Source of the DNA: a virus
Taxonomy: Duplodnaviria > Caudoviricetes
Length of the DNA stretch: 64,000 bases
Direction: 5' to 3' (one strand)
IMG/VR virus record: IMGVR_UViG_3300014613_000021
Span: 1 to 64,000 of that record
The position numbers and the translations under genes were made by a program. Position 1 is the first letter of the stretch. Every line of letters starts with the position of its first letter. The notes below the pieces were generated by a model. It saw only the letters and a program-made list of their open reading frames with translations, was not told the origin of the DNA and did not search any database. Shown here piece after piece: positions 46,160 to 57,236 of this stretch.

Positions 46160-48943
46160 TTAACCTTCGTACATAACTGTCAACCATCCACGGTTAGGAG
46201 GTGTTCCTGGGGGTGTTACATAAGTTCCCCAAGAACCCCCTGAATTTCTTATCAAAACAACCCTATTCCCAATAGATTGAAGAGAGCTTATTCCAAAATA
46301 ACTTGAACCATCTGAAATTACAGAAGGTGTCATTAAAAAATTAGCGGCGAAATCATCCCATATTTGAACGCCAATAATTCTGCTTTTTAAAACATCAATA
46401 GGGTTACCTTCGGCATCGTTTCCAAGTGGAACATCATGTGTTGCATCATTTAATAAATCCCAGTCTCCAATAGTAACAACTTTCGTTTTAAGTCCTACAT
46501 TGCCTGTAATAACTTCTTCTTCTGCTACATAAATAGCATCTGGAACGTGAATATTACCTAAAACATTTGATTCCTGAATAATTGTTTCACCTCCAACATT
46601 ACCAACCGGAAGATCATTATAATATAAATCCCATCCTGTTTCATATCCTTTGTATCCAAAATCAATTAATTGTAATCCAAAACCAGTTAAATCAGTATTA
46701 AAATAAACCTCAATATACTGAGCTTGTGAATCGGGGTTTCCAAGTCCATCGTCAATATAAACAAGTCTTACTTTATCCCATCTCGTTGACCCTGTAAACA
46801 TATTTCTATCCAAAGTAAATCCACCATAAGCGTCAGACCAAAATGAATCAACCCTTATTGTTAAGTAATCTGGAGCGTAAACGCCTCCCGCAATATAAAG
46901 GTTAATAATTGCCTGCCCCCGTCCAGAACCAAGAATATTTTTCGCAACTCTTCTCCAAACACCCGCTCCATTTGTATTCGCTGAATATTGTTGCTTCGTT
47001 ATTTCATTAGTTGAGTTTAATATCCAGTCAGTTGCATCAAAAATACACTTTACAAAGTATCCGGCAGGAGAATAACTAACAAAACTGTCAATTTCTTCTG
47101 TATATTCTCTTAGTAAAACATAACTTGATGGACTGACATAATCTGTAACAATCTTTATAGTACATCCGTTAAAATCAGCTATTGCCTGATTAAAATGAAG
47201 TATAAAGTTGTTTCCGTTAATGCAAGAATCACCGTCTACATTTGTTTTCTTTATATTAATGTACATGTCAGAAGAAAGGGTTATCCCATTTCCTTTAATC
47301 ACTTGATACTGATAACTACTTCCTACTGTCAAATGAACAACAGAAACGGCAGGATCAAGCATTAATTCCTGAACACCAAATAAATCACCTGTTTCAAGAC
47401 CGGCTAATCTGTTATAATAACTTCTTGAACTCGGTATTAATTCAATATAACCGTCATCCAGATCAGGTAAAGCTGAAGGTTCATAGGTTTTTCTGTTTCT
47501 GTCAAGTGGATTGAGATTCAGTACACCATTCTCATCATAAGAAGTTTCATCATAGTAACCTGAAATTATATCATCCGGTAAAACTGTCCACTCAGTGTAT
47601 TCCCTGAATTTCTTATAACGATATTTGATATTATACTTATAAACAACAGAAGCTGAAGGAACAAGTAAAAATAACTTTCCAAACGCTTTATTTATCGGAA
47701 AAGTAAATACGTTATCTATCTGCTCAATCTCTGTATCTGCCTCATCGTACCAAGCCTGTATTTGAATTTCTTCAACATCCGGAACAATTATTATTTCATC
47801 TACTGATTCTTCATAATCGTCTATGTCTAATGAATCAACTGTAATTAATAAAGAACCTCCAGATTTTATGCTTGAAATAACTGTTTTCCAACTTCCATTT
47901 TTAGCATAAAGCCTCCAACCGTTAAAATCTCCATCCGTAAAATTTATAAATCCATCAGCGTCTTTATACCTTCCGTTATCACAGTTTGTTATTGTAAATT
48001 TTCTTAATTCAGGGGAATAACTCCAATCAAAGGTTCTTATCCCCCATCCTATCATTACCTGATTTTTTACTCTGGGGGAAAATGGATTATCATATTTTAC
48101 ACTTTCAATACCGATAACTGAGTTTACTGTTGTTTTATCTATATACCATAAATCATAACCAACCTTTGTTCTCCAAAAGTCAGTTCTTTTGTCATGTATT
48201 GTAATAACTCCAGAATCATTTTTTACTCTTGCAATATAAAATTCTTCATCAGTTAAAGTTATTGTCGGAGGAACATTTGGTGTTAAGGGGTCTTCTGCAA
48301 CTAATCCACCAGCCGCAACCGTAAAAGCAATACAACTGTCATATTGAAATATTTCTTTTTCATCAGAAATAGGAACCGCATCAGGAGAAAATGTGCCAAT
48401 AACTGAATATTCCAAATCAGTTTCAGCCTGAAAAACACCTGAAAGAACAACATTATTGTCGTCTATTACCTCAACAACATCATATTCTAAAATGTTAAGT
48501 GTAGAACCGTAAAACTTAATTCTTGCCGGAAAATTAGGCTGACCTCTCAAAACGTCCTCAAAAGCTGTTCCTGTTCCAGTTAAATTCCCGTTCGCATCAA
48601 TAGAAACTGTTCCGGTTTCTTTAGGTGAATATTCGTGTTTTATTTTAATCCAATACCAATCCCCTCCTGCCGGAATTGCTATATCAGATTGTGGGTTTTT
48701 TACAATAATTAAACCATTCTTGTCAATAGCATAAGAAGTATTAACTATCTTAACTTCACCAGAACCAGAAGTTTCAACTTTAAAATTATTTAAAACTGAA
48801 TCATCTTTTGTTTTGATAATTCCAAAACTAAAAGAATTATCAAGCAAACTTTTTCTGTATCCCTCATCAACGATAAATTGAATCAGTCTATTAAGTTCCT
48901 GTTTTTCAAGAAAACAATCCGTACTAAATTTCAAATATGACAT
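46160..48943 (-). CDS. Large baseplate/tail fibre protein
   Basis: 927 aa, beta-rich, in baseplate cluster. Confidence 0.6.
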   Translation of the reverse strand: MSYLKFSTDCFLEKQELNRLIQFIVDEGYRKSLLDNSFSFGIIKTKDDSVLNNFKVETSGSGEVKIVNTSYAIDKNGLIIVKNPQSDIAIPAGGDWYWIKIKHEYSPKETGTVSIDANGNLTGTGTAFEDVLRGQPNFPARIKFYGSTLNILEYDVVEVIDDNNVVLSGVFQAETDLEYSVIGTFSPDAVPISDEKEIFQYDSCIAFTVAAGGLVAEDPLTPNVPPTITLTDEEFYIARVKNDSGVITIHDKRTDFWRTKVGYDLWYIDKTTVNSVIGIESVKYDNPFSPRVKNQVMIGWGIRTFDWSYSPELRKFTITNCDNGRYKDADGFINFTDGDFNGWRLYAKNGSWKTVISSIKSGGSLLITVDSLDIDDYEESVDEIIIVPDVEEIQIQAWYDEADTEIEQIDNVFTFPINKAFGKLFLLVPSASVVYKYNIKYRYKKFREYTEWTVLPDDIISGYYDETSYDENGVLNLNPLDRNRKTYEPSALPDLDDGYIELIPSSRSYYNRLAGLETGDLFGVQELMLDPAVSVVHLTVGSSYQYQVIKGNGITLSSDMYINIKKTNVDGDSCINGNNFILHFNQAIADFNGCTIKIVTDYVSPSSYVLLREYTEEIDSFVSYSPAGYFVKCIFDATDWILNSTNEITKQQYSANTNGAGVWRRVAKNILGSGRGQAIINLYIAGGVYAPDYLTIRVDSFWSDAYGGFTLDRNMFTGSTRWDKVRLVYIDDGLGNPDSQAQYIEVYFNTDLTGFGLQLIDFGYKGYETGWDLYYNDLPVGNVGGETIIQESNVLGNIHVPDAIYVAEEEVITGNVGLKTKVVTIGDWDLLNDATHDVPLGNDAEGNPIDVLKSRIIGVQIWDDFAANFLMTPSVISDGSSYFGISSLQSIGNRVVLIRNSGGSWGTYVTPPGTPPNRGWLTVMYEG

Positions 48944-48944
48944 A

Positions 48945-50564
48945 TCAAATGAATTTATTTTTTATTGTTGAATTATACGGTATCAAATATTCTCTTATTA
49001 TCTGTTCCACCTGATCATCTGAATATTTTCCACTATTATTTTTTAACCATGTCAAAATTAAATTTTTTACACCTAAAAACCCAAAAGATTGATCAGTAAC
49101 CAATGGTCTCACTTTAAAATCCCATACTTTAATTGTACTTGAAAAAGCCTCTGAATTATTATTAAGTATCAAAACAGGAACAATATAACATGGATTTACA
49201 GAACCAAACTTTAAGTGCTCTCCATACCCTATATTTAATGTCCCTTCTAATGACGGTAACAATGATTTATCTTTATTAAAAATGACACCCCTTATAAAAT
49301 ACCATGTATCAACTATGTTTAACTGTATTCTATTAAAAAACAACCCTACTCCAACTTCTAATGCTCCTGTAACCGCATTATACAAACTTATCATATTATC
49401 ATTTATATCATAAGCTGCAACAGCAAAAGATATATTCTGAACAAGAGTTTCTTGTTTTACCAAAAATGTTATTTCATAATCAACTGTATTATCAACCTTT
49501 ATTTTTTTACTTAAATCACTTCCATCTGGAAAAATACCGGACTGTTCATTTAAAGGAACCCCTGTTATTTGTAAAACATCCCTGCCTCCATCTGTTACAA
49601 TAGAACAATAAGAATCATTATTTAAAGGATAGTTGTTTAAATCAACAAAATCCTGTGTATTCTCATAACCCTTTATAACATTAAACATATTTTTTATTCC
49701 TCTGTACATCGGGGAGGAACTTCCAATATTAAACCCTATCTTCCAGGGTTCAACTAAAGAAAAAATAAATTCATCACATTCTTTTTTACAAAGAAGTCTC
49801 AATAATTCACCGCTAACTTGTCTTCCACTATCCTCACTTGAAACAGCAACTTGTAATGTCCCCCTAAACCTAAACTCATTATAAAGGTTATTAACCAAAT
49901 AAATCAAATCTTCTTGTTCAATTGAATCACATACAAACAAACCCTTATTCCTTACATATTCTGTTAATAATTGTTGATTTCCTGTAAAATTTTCAAATTG
50001 TCTTACATAATTTACAAATAATGAAAAATAACAAGTTATTGATCTCCAAAAATTCAAATAATCTTTGTCTTCCCAATTGAAATTATTATTTTCCCCCCTT
50101 ATAATATATTCAGGAACAATACCAGGTTTGTAAATTTTTTCAAGAACATTTATGCACCAATTAAGAACATCTATTGAAGCACATGAAAAAAATTGAGCAA
50201 AAATACTGTTATTATAAACAGCAGGACATTCAGAACTTACATACTGTCCTTGCAAAGTTATATCGTCAAACTCTAATTCACCTGAATGATCAGTACCAGA
50301 CCTTATATATCTATATTCAACAAAAAAGGCAAATGTAGGTTCTGTTTGAACCGCTGATACATTTGCTGTTGTTAATTCAATCCATGCAGACCAGTTTATT
50401 GCATCAACTTTATACCGAAATTCTTTATAAAAATACCTCGTAGCAGTTTCACCAACAACAGTGTCAATAAAATCACTAAGCAAAAGTAACCCAATCAAGG
50501 GAACCTCTACTTGAATAACTAAAACATCACCAATCTCAGTTGTTCTATTTTCTATTACTGCCAT
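48945..50564 (-). CDS. Baseplate wedge / tail protein I-like structural protein
   Basis: Position after baseplate J; LYNEFRFRGT motif. Confidence 0.5.
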   Translation of the reverse strand: MAVIENRTTEIGDVLVIQVEVPLIGLLLLSDFIDTVVGETATRYFYKEFRYKVDAINWSAWIELTTANVSAVQTEPTFAFFVEYRYIRSGTDHSGELEFDDITLQGQYVSSECPAVYNNSIFAQFFSCASIDVLNWCINVLEKIYKPGIVPEYIIRGENNNFNWEDKDYLNFWRSITCYFSLFVNYVRQFENFTGNQQLLTEYVRNKGLFVCDSIEQEDLIYLVNNLYNEFRFRGTLQVAVSSEDSGRQVSGELLRLLCKKECDEFIFSLVEPWKIGFNIGSSSPMYRGIKNMFNVIKGYENTQDFVDLNNYPLNNDSYCSIVTDGGRDVLQITGVPLNEQSGIFPDGSDLSKKIKVDNTVDYEITFLVKQETLVQNISFAVAAYDINDNMISLYNAVTGALEVGVGLFFNRIQLNIVDTWYFIRGVIFNKDKSLLPSLEGTLNIGYGEHLKFGSVNPCYIVPVLILNNNSEAFSSTIKVWDFKVRPLVTDQSFGFLGVKNLILTWLKNNSGKYSDDQVEQIIREYLIPYNSTIKNKFI

Positions 50565-51817
50565 TAATTTACAGACTGTGAAACTTCATAAAAATAATTG
50601 CCTCTACGTTGTAATATTATAATATCATCAGGAGTATAAGCAAAGGTATTACTTATCTTCAAATTTTTACCTTTTACAAGTCCATTGGTTGCTTTTGTTC
50701 CGGTAAACTCAATATAAATCAATGCCCAATCTGGAACAGTAGACGCAATATCAATGCTATCTATATCTGCTGTTCCTGAAATAACAAAATTATTATATAA
50801 ACCTAATGTTACTGTTGCTGCGCTCGCAACTGTATCACAATCAATTGATGTTATTACTTTATTACATTGAAACAAACCTGATGTCCACAAATTTCCCGTA
50901 ATCTTTGTCGTGTCTTCTGTAATATTAAAAAGGGTTGAGCTTGAATAATCAAAAATAAGTCCCGTCTTAAATACCATTGAGTTCTGTTGAACCCTATACT
51001 GATTAATACCAGAACAAATAAATTCAATAGTATTACTTACAGAACCACCAATTCCTGTTGTAGAACTTGAACGATAAGGTATTAGAGAAGGAACCGTAGA
51101 TGATGCCCCAGTTTCCAACAATTCAATTCCATCATTAGCATTAGAAAATATTTTTGTAGGAGTTAAATACCAGGACTTAACATCATTTAAGTAAAACAGT
51201 AACGTATCGTCAGTTAAATTAGTTATCCATTCATCATCTCCAAAATGAATACCATAAGTTGATTTATCTCCAACAGGAACAAATAAATTAGCTGTTGTCA
51301 TTAAAACACCCTTTCCCTTAATGGTATCTTCTGTTAGTGTTAATAAAGTGGATCGGGGATTGATAATATATGATCCGTTTTTCCCTGAAAGAGTGTCAAA
51401 TGATATATTGTGAACATTATCTAAACTATCTTGAATATCAGCATTCTTTAAAAACGTAACATCAATCCAATTATGAGTTAAAGAAGTATCGTAGAGTGTA
51501 ATGTAGTTGCCGGTCGAATCAGAAAATTCCATAAAATAAGTGTTAATCCAATTGTGGGTTAATGTAGTGTCATAAGGGGTAATATAAACCCCTATTGAAT
51601 CTTCAATATCAATATATCCAACTAATGAATCTATTTTAACTTTACCAGTTGAAATAAATTTAACAGTATCACCTATTTGTATTTGAAGTGTATCTGAACC
51701 ATGATAAATAGTTACTGTACTATCAACACACACAACCCTATAAGTTTGACTTATTGCAAAAAATGAAACCAAACTAAACAAAATAGAAAATAAAATCTTT
51801 TTCATATTATTCAACAT
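50564..51817 (-). CDS. Tail fibre-like protein with apparent signal peptide and internal repeats
   Basis: MKKILFSILFSLVSFFAISQ; repeat DS.G.YIT.YDT.LTHNWI twice. Confidence 0.45.
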   Translation of the reverse strand: MLNNMKKILFSILFSLVSFFAISQTYRVVCVDSTVTIYHGSDTLQIQIGDTVKFISTGKVKIDSLVGYIDIEDSIGVYITPYDTTLTHNWINTYFMEFSDSTGNYITLYDTSLTHNWIDVTFLKNADIQDSLDNVHNISFDTLSGKNGSYIINPRSTLLTLTEDTIKGKGVLMTTANLFVPVGDKSTYGIHFGDDEWITNLTDDTLLFYLNDVKSWYLTPTKIFSNANDGIELLETGASSTVPSLIPYRSSSTTGIGGSVSNTIEFICSGINQYRVQQNSMVFKTGLIFDYSSSTLFNITEDTTKITGNLWTSGLFQCNKVITSIDCDTVASAATVTLGLYNNFVISGTADIDSIDIASTVPDWALIYIEFTGTKATNGLVKGKNLKISNTFAYTPDDIIILQRRGNYFYEVSQSVN

Positions 51818-52709
51818 TTGAGTCTCTTAAAATAATATCAACCAATTCAGTAACATTAGCGTTTTTTGAAAGACAATTTGTTCTTGCGTCATAAACAACA
51901 ACATTTTGTGAAGTTGCTGCATAAACATCTTCGGCAGAAGCATGGGTTTTAATCATTGTAACCCCGTCAAGAACTAATTTACCGCCACCTTTCTCAATAC
52001 AATGACTGTTTGCAGAATTTACTTCATTATAAATTTTACTATTAATTATGTCAATTTTTCCCCCTGAAACTTCGATTAATGATTCATCGTCTGCTTTTCT
52101 TACTATTTCACACCCGGACAACCTTAAATAACCATTTGAAACTGACATCCCGCTTTTTACTCCGGATGTTTTTTCAATATAAAAGTCACCAAGAAAACGT
52201 AAATCAGCAGAAGCATGACTTATATTCACTATATAACCAGCAAGGGTATTTTTTATTATACATCTTCCCGTAAATACAGAAACTATTGCAGTAGATGCTA
52301 AAAACATTGCCGTAGTTGAAGAAGTATTGTTTATTATAACACCATTCTCAAAATGATAATTAACCCCGTCCTTTAAAATATCGGCTTCATTAAATATGCC
52401 ATCCAAAACCCAAATTAAATCCCCTGAAACAGCAGCAGTAACAGCAGCACGTAAGGATGAATAAGATAAAACAATATTTCCTTTAACAGCCGTTCCATCA
52501 TTGCCAACAGATTGAGAAACAAATAAAACCTTATCGCTTACAATAAATGAACTTGTTATTGTACTTCTTAATAACTCCCATGTACTTGACCCGAAATTAT
52601 AATAATACCATTCATTATCCGTTGTTTTATACCACAACAACTCCGTATTTGTCGGATTTGTTGACCCTCTATAAAAAGATGATATTTGTCCTAAATTAGT
52701 TGTTGGCAT
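51807..52709 (-). CDS. Tailspike-like parallel beta-helix protein
   Basis: YSSLRAAVTAAVSGDLIWVLDGIF cap motif typical of pectin-lyase-like beta-helices. Confidence 0.6.
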   Translation of the reverse strand: MPTTNLGQISSFYRGSTNPTNTELLWYKTTDNEWYYYNFGSSTWELLRSTITSSFIVSDKVLFVSQSVGNDGTAVKGNIVLSYSSLRAAVTAAVSGDLIWVLDGIFNEADILKDGVNYHFENGVIINNTSSTTAMFLASTAIVSVFTGRCIIKNTLAGYIVNISHASADLRFLGDFYIEKTSGVKSGMSVSNGYLRLSGCEIVRKADDESLIEVSGGKIDIINSKIYNEVNSANSHCIEKGGGKLVLDGVTMIKTHASAEDVYAATSQNVVVYDARTNCLSKNANVTELVDIILRDSNVE

Positions 52710-52711
52710 GA

Positions 52712-53005
52712 CTAAATTGTATATTGTAATTGACCAGTTAAAATATCTATTCCATAACTTAAAGCATCACTTGCTTGTATTACCAAATCACCGTCTGAAT
52801 TTACATAAAAAACAGGAGGTGTAGATGTTTTGTTTATTCCACCTTCACCCTCAACAAATGAAATACCACCAACTAACTGAACTAATTGAGAAATAAAGGC
52901 AGAGGTAACGACAGGAGGAGGTTGATTATAAAAAGTATAAATTTCTATATCTGTCCCTATTACTGTTACATCAGTGCTTGTCGATATTATTTGAGTTTGT
53001 GGCAT
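52712..53005 (-). CDS. Small tail-associated protein
   Basis: Position. Confidence 0.45.
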   Translation of the reverse strand: MPQTQIISTSTDVTVIGTDIEIYTFYNQPPPVVTSAFISQLVQLVGGISFVEGEGGINKTSTPPVFYVNSDGDLVIQASDALSYGIDILTGQLQYTI

Positions 53006-53008
53006 TTA

Positions 53009-54211
53009 TTATGTTATACTTGCTAAAATCGTATTTTGATAACTTATATTTGGCTCATTTGGATAATACACAGGGTTTAATGTACCAGAAATATTACTAA
53101 TGATATTACCGTCAATATCCCTCATTATAAAACTTTTTAATCTTGGCAGTTTCCCTCTCACAATCTGAATGTCTGCATTTGGAGTGAAATATTGGTCAGG
53201 CACATATTTAACGCCACCTGTATTTTTTACAACTTCCATTAATTCATCCCATTCAACCAACTTATCATAAGTCCAAAATCGAAAATCTAAATATTTTGAA
53301 CCTGCTATCTGTATTTCCTTTCTTACTTCATCAGGATCATAACCATTCAATAATTGTACCCTAAAGTCCCAATCTATTTCTTGATATTCGATATTTCTTA
53401 ACTCAACCCCATATATTTGAACATCATAAGAACGTAAATCAGTCAAAGACAAATATTGTTCTGCTTGTTCTAAAATATCACTTAATTCACCTGCCGTTAA
53501 ATCAACCCCGTTTTGTGTTGCTATCGCTAAAACAGTTTGTCCGGTTTCATTTATCCCCTGATAAGATACCCTTAAAACATTATTATTTATTTTTATAAAA
53601 ACCTGAGTGAGTTTAGCAAGTGTTCCGGTTGCTGCCAAGTTACATCCGTCTTTTATTCTTTTCCTAAAAATATCATCTTGTTCAGCATCCCGACCTCCAG
53701 TAGCCATATATTCATTAATACAGTATGAGTGACCAACTGGTTCAGGCGTAACAGTGCTTAATGTTAACGGGTCAACATTTACTTTACTTCCTGTATCAGA
53801 GCTTCTTACTTTTGCATAAGTATAACCTATTGCAGGAATGGTAATATCATCCTCAAGAACAAACGTATACCCATGTGAACCTGTAAAAGTATTTGTAACA
53901 ATAAAATACTGAGTTCCAGGGTCACCAACAAGTCTTACATAAGTTGAAGATTCAGATGCCCCAAATCTGGCAGAAACACCCATAAATTCAGCAATATCAT
54001 CCAAATACTGACCATAAGCAGAATCTACCATCAAATGTATTTCAACAAGCGATATTTCTTTTAAAACCTTTTGAGCAACCTTCGCTGTACCAAAAGCAAC
54101 CCCGTTCAAAACGCTATTGTCGCTTATCTCAGTTACCTCAGAACAGTGATTTAACAACCCTTGAACAAAAAGCTCCTTTAATTCTGATATGGTAGATATT
54201 TTTGTAAACAT
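53009..54211 (-). CDS. Baseplate J-like protein
   Basis: SAYGQYLDDIA, GSKVNVDP..L, ATGGRDAEQDDIFRKRI. Confidence 0.85.
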   Translation of the reverse strand: MFTKISTISELKELFVQGLLNHCSEVTEISDNSVLNGVAFGTAKVAQKVLKEISLVEIHLMVDSAYGQYLDDIAEFMGVSARFGASESSTYVRLVGDPGTQYFIVTNTFTGSHGYTFVLEDDITIPAIGYTYAKVRSSDTGSKVNVDPLTLSTVTPEPVGHSYCINEYMATGGRDAEQDDIFRKRIKDGCNLAATGTLAKLTQVFIKINNNVLRVSYQGINETGQTVLAIATQNGVDLTAGELSDILEQAEQYLSLTDLRSYDVQIYGVELRNIEYQEIDWDFRVQLLNGYDPDEVRKEIQIAGSKYLDFRFWTYDKLVEWDELMEVVKNTGGVKYVPDQYFTPNADIQIVRGKLPRLKSFIMRDIDGNIISNISGTLNPVYYPNEPNISYQNTILASIT

Positions 54212-54214
54212 TTT

Positions 54215-55132
54215 CTAAATTATTGTTGAAGTTCTTATTATATCACTCAATTTTGTCTCAACAATAAATTCAATAAAAACAGCATCTTCCTGTTGTTTTA
54301 CATTTGTTATTTGTATTGATTTTATTGAATCCTTTGTTTGGAATGTATTGTAAATCTGTCTTATTAATGCAGGATAATAAACAGAACCGATATTCGTTCC
54401 TGCAACTAAAGAAACCTGCATTCCGTCTTCAGGAAACTCAGGGTTGTCGCCTTTCTTTAAATTAATAAGCGTTTCAATGGTTTGTGTTATTGTTTCCCTA
54501 TAAGACAAAACCTTTAAATCATTATTTTCAAAAGTAAGTTTGTTATAAATGTCAATTCCATAAATATTTTCTCCAGTAAGATTATCAACAACAGACTGTA
54601 TATCTATCGAAATATTATTTTGAAAACTGATTTTTGCTACATAACCGCCTTCAGGAGTGTAGTCTTCCTCCTTTATGTCGTTTCTTAAAGCCACATTAAC
54701 CCAATCATTTTGTTCATCAGAATAACCGGCTTCCCGTGACATTCTTTCTAATGTCTGATTCTGTCCAAGTACTTTATCAACTTCAACAAAAGGATTAAAA
54801 TTATTATTTGTTATTGAACTCCGTGACCACCTTGAATAATTACTTATTGTAAGTAATGAATCAGCAACAGATTGAACAGCATCAATTAATTCCCAGAAAT
54901 CACCTGTTGTGAACTTATTCTTATTTGAAGCAAATACGGATTCAATTTTCTTTGATTCCTTTATAAGTCTTTCCAATTCATTAAAAGCGGCAATATTCGG
55001 CTTCAAAGAATACCCCCGATAATAATTAAGTATATATTGTTGTTTTTCGTCAACAAATGATGTAAAATCAGCTAAATAATCAGCTAATTTATACTTAGTT
55101 ATCTTTTGAAAATTTTCAACAGTCTCTTTCAT
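54215..55132 (-). CDS. Baseplate wedge protein with C-terminal gp25-like domain
   Basis: LKKGDNPEFPEDG..LIRQIYNTFQTKDSIKSIQI. Confidence 0.6.
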   Translation of the reverse strand: MKETVENFQKITKYKLADYLADFTSFVDEKQQYILNYYRGYSLKPNIAAFNELERLIKESKKIESVFASNKNKFTTGDFWELIDAVQSVADSLLTISNYSRWSRSSITNNNFNPFVEVDKVLGQNQTLERMSREAGYSDEQNDWVNVALRNDIKEEDYTPEGGYVAKISFQNNISIDIQSVVDNLTGENIYGIDIYNKLTFENNDLKVLSYRETITQTIETLINLKKGDNPEFPEDGMQVSLVAGTNIGSVYYPALIRQIYNTFQTKDSIKSIQITNVKQQEDAVFIEFIVETKLSDIIRTSTII

Positions 55133-55137
55133 TTTTC

Positions 55138-55899
55138 TTAAAGGAATCTTCTTTTTATGTCGCCCCCTAACTGATTAACGCCATTCTGCAAATTGTCAAC
55201 TGTTAACGCTGTTGCCAAACTTCTTCTGAAATTACTTATCAAATTATCCAACGGAGCTATCGCCTTAAATTGAAGGTTATAATTCCAAAGCATATTCCTG
55301 TCTCTTTCATTTGCATCAACAGTGAGAACCATTTTCTTTACCAACCAACTTTCACTTAACGCAAGGTTGTAAAAATATAATTTAAAAGGCTTATTATCAA
55401 TGCCAACCGAATTGGACTTATCGCAAATACTCTGTAATATTTTTAAACACCCAAATCCGGTTTTTATTGAAGGATCAAAAGCCATTGTTTTTATTTCCGA
55501 TAAAACGACTAAATAATTAGACTTTTTATAAACGCCAGCGTCAGCAGAATAACGTATTGCTGAAAAATCCAGTGTTTTGCCTGACCGATTTAAAATAACC
55601 TTAAATTTCCTTCCAAATGTTCCCTGAATTGTTATTTCTTTCGGCACAAAAACAGAACTTGAAACCGAAACAACACCTCCAGCAGTTTGTTTTACATTTG
55701 TTATTTCCGGTTCTGTTTGTGAAATGCTACTTGGAGAAACCGGAAAAGAAAAATAATCAATGGTCATTCCTCTACTATCAACTAACTCCAAAGCAACCAT
55801 ATAATACTCAAAATCATTTGGGAAAAGCATGTTTAACCCTGCCTTTCCAATAGAACTAAGTAAACCAGAATATCTACTTATAGCTTCTGTTTCTGCCAT
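55138..55899 (-). CDS. Tail tube initiator / baseplate hub-proximal protein
   Basis: FSFPVSPSSIS..EITIQGTFG..WNYNLQFKAI. Confidence 0.55.
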   Translation of the reverse strand: MAETEAISRYSGLLSSIGKAGLNMLFPNDFEYYMVALELVDSRGMTIDYFSFPVSPSSISQTEPEITNVKQTAGGVVSVSSSVFVPKEITIQGTFGRKFKVILNRSGKTLDFSAIRYSADAGVYKKSNYLVVLSEIKTMAFDPSIKTGFGCLKILQSICDKSNSVGIDNKPFKLYFYNLALSESWLVKKMVLTVDANERDRNMLWNYNLQFKAIAPLDNLISNFRRSLATALTVDNLQNGVNQLGGDIKRRFL

Positions 55900-55996
55900 A
55901 GTTGGTTCTCACAATAAATATAAAAATACTTAAATTTAACGAATAAAAAAAATACAGTATTCTGGACTGAATTTTTAATGTTTGATTTTCAAAAAA

Positions 55997-56443
55997 TTAC
56001 TCAAACCCTAAAATACTGTTAAGTATATTTAATGGAGGAGGTGTGAGTGCATTTTTAGCTGTATTTATAATACCTTGTGCAGCTTCAATAGCTTCAATCA
56101 ATGGAGTCAGTGCATCTGGTATTGAAATGTTTAAATTAGCTAACATATTAAGTGTTGAAGGCAACAAGGCTTTAACAGTTGCAAGAGCTAAAGGGATGGT
56201 TACCGGAACTGCTAATAAAGGTAATTGACTTATCAAAGTATTTAATTGAGACCTTGTTTGAGATATTTCCATGTCAATCCCCTTTAAAGCAGGCGAATTT
56301 TCATTAACACTGTTCAAACTATCTTCTGTAACCCCCTGTGCTTCCATTCTTGCCTTTAAAACATCAATTGCAGCAGGAAATGTCACTCCTGATAAATCCG
56401 GCAATGAATCAGCAAGTGCTTTTATATCTTCTGTTGTTGCCAT
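55997..56443 (-). CDS. Hypothetical helical protein next to spike
   Basis: ORF track. Confidence 0.5.
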   Translation of the reverse strand: MATTEDIKALADSLPDLSGVTFPAAIDVLKARMEAQGVTEDSLNSVNENSPALKGIDMEISQTRSQLNTLISQLPLLAVPVTIPLALATVKALLPSTLNMLANLNISIPDALTPLIEAIEAAQGIINTAKNALTPPPLNILNSILGFE

Positions 56444-56444
56444 A

Positions 56445-57236
56445 TCATTTTAGTATTTGAGCTACTTTTTCTTTTAAAGCTAAAATCGTTGCACTATTCA
56501 ACAGAGGCATATTTCCTAATGAAGTTGCCACTGTTGAAATAGCAATTTCATCTATTGTATCATTTAATAAATCAAATATCGAATAATCTCCGTTTCCTAA
56601 ATTCATTTTTTTAAACTGTCCTGTTAAATCACCCTTTTCTTCTATCTTAAAAATATTTTCAAATCCGTTATTTTTAATATCTTGGACTTTAATATTCAGT
56701 TCTTGTGTAGAAAATATATTTACCTTCCCTTCATTTTCAATATTAATGATTCCCTTTACATTAACATTAACCTGAGATTCTTTGTTTACATTGGAAACAT
56801 TCATGTAAACATTTCCTCCGTCTTTCAAACTTGAATCAATATCAATGAAAAAATTTCCTTTATTACCATCACCAGTTATTATAACGCTTCCGGTTTCGGT
56901 TATTTTAGCAAGCCTGAACAAATTTCTTGCTAACCCTGATTCCTCGTCATTCTTATCTAAAACAGCTATTATAATAGGCGTATTGCTGACATATTGATTA
57001 ATGAAAACAACACAACTCCCTAATTGCATATTTTCATCCGGGAAATCAATTAACTGTAAACTCCACCTGTCAACTTTTACATTTAATAAAAACTCATTAT
57101 CTTCAGTTATCATGGCAACCATACCAGTACGATAACAGGTTTCAATGTAAGCGTTAATATTTGTTTTTGCCGGAACAGTTACATAACCGATCCCAACCGT
57201 ATATCTTGCGCTTTTTATTCTTACTGTTTTTTTCAT
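56445..57236 (-). CDS. Baseplate central spike (gpV/gp5-like)
   Basis: N-terminal OB-like region followed by beta-strand repeats. Confidence 0.55.
   Translation of the reverse strand: MKKTVRIKSARYTVGIGYVTVPAKTNINAYIETCYRTGMVAMITEDNEFLLNVKVDRWSLQLIDFPDENMQLGSCVVFINQYVSNTPIIIAVLDKNDEESGLARNLFRLAKITETGSVIITGDGNKGNFFIDIDSSLKDGGNVYMNVSNVNKESQVNVNVKGIINIENEGKVNIFSTQELNIKVQDIKNNGFENIFKIEEKGDLTGQFKKMNLGNGDYSIFDLLNDTIDEIAISTVATSLGNMPLLNSATILALKEKVAQILK

Noticed and set aside
46160-52709. Diversity-generating retroelement acting on tail fibres
   Set aside because: No reverse transcriptase and no TR/VR pair differing at adenines in this window.
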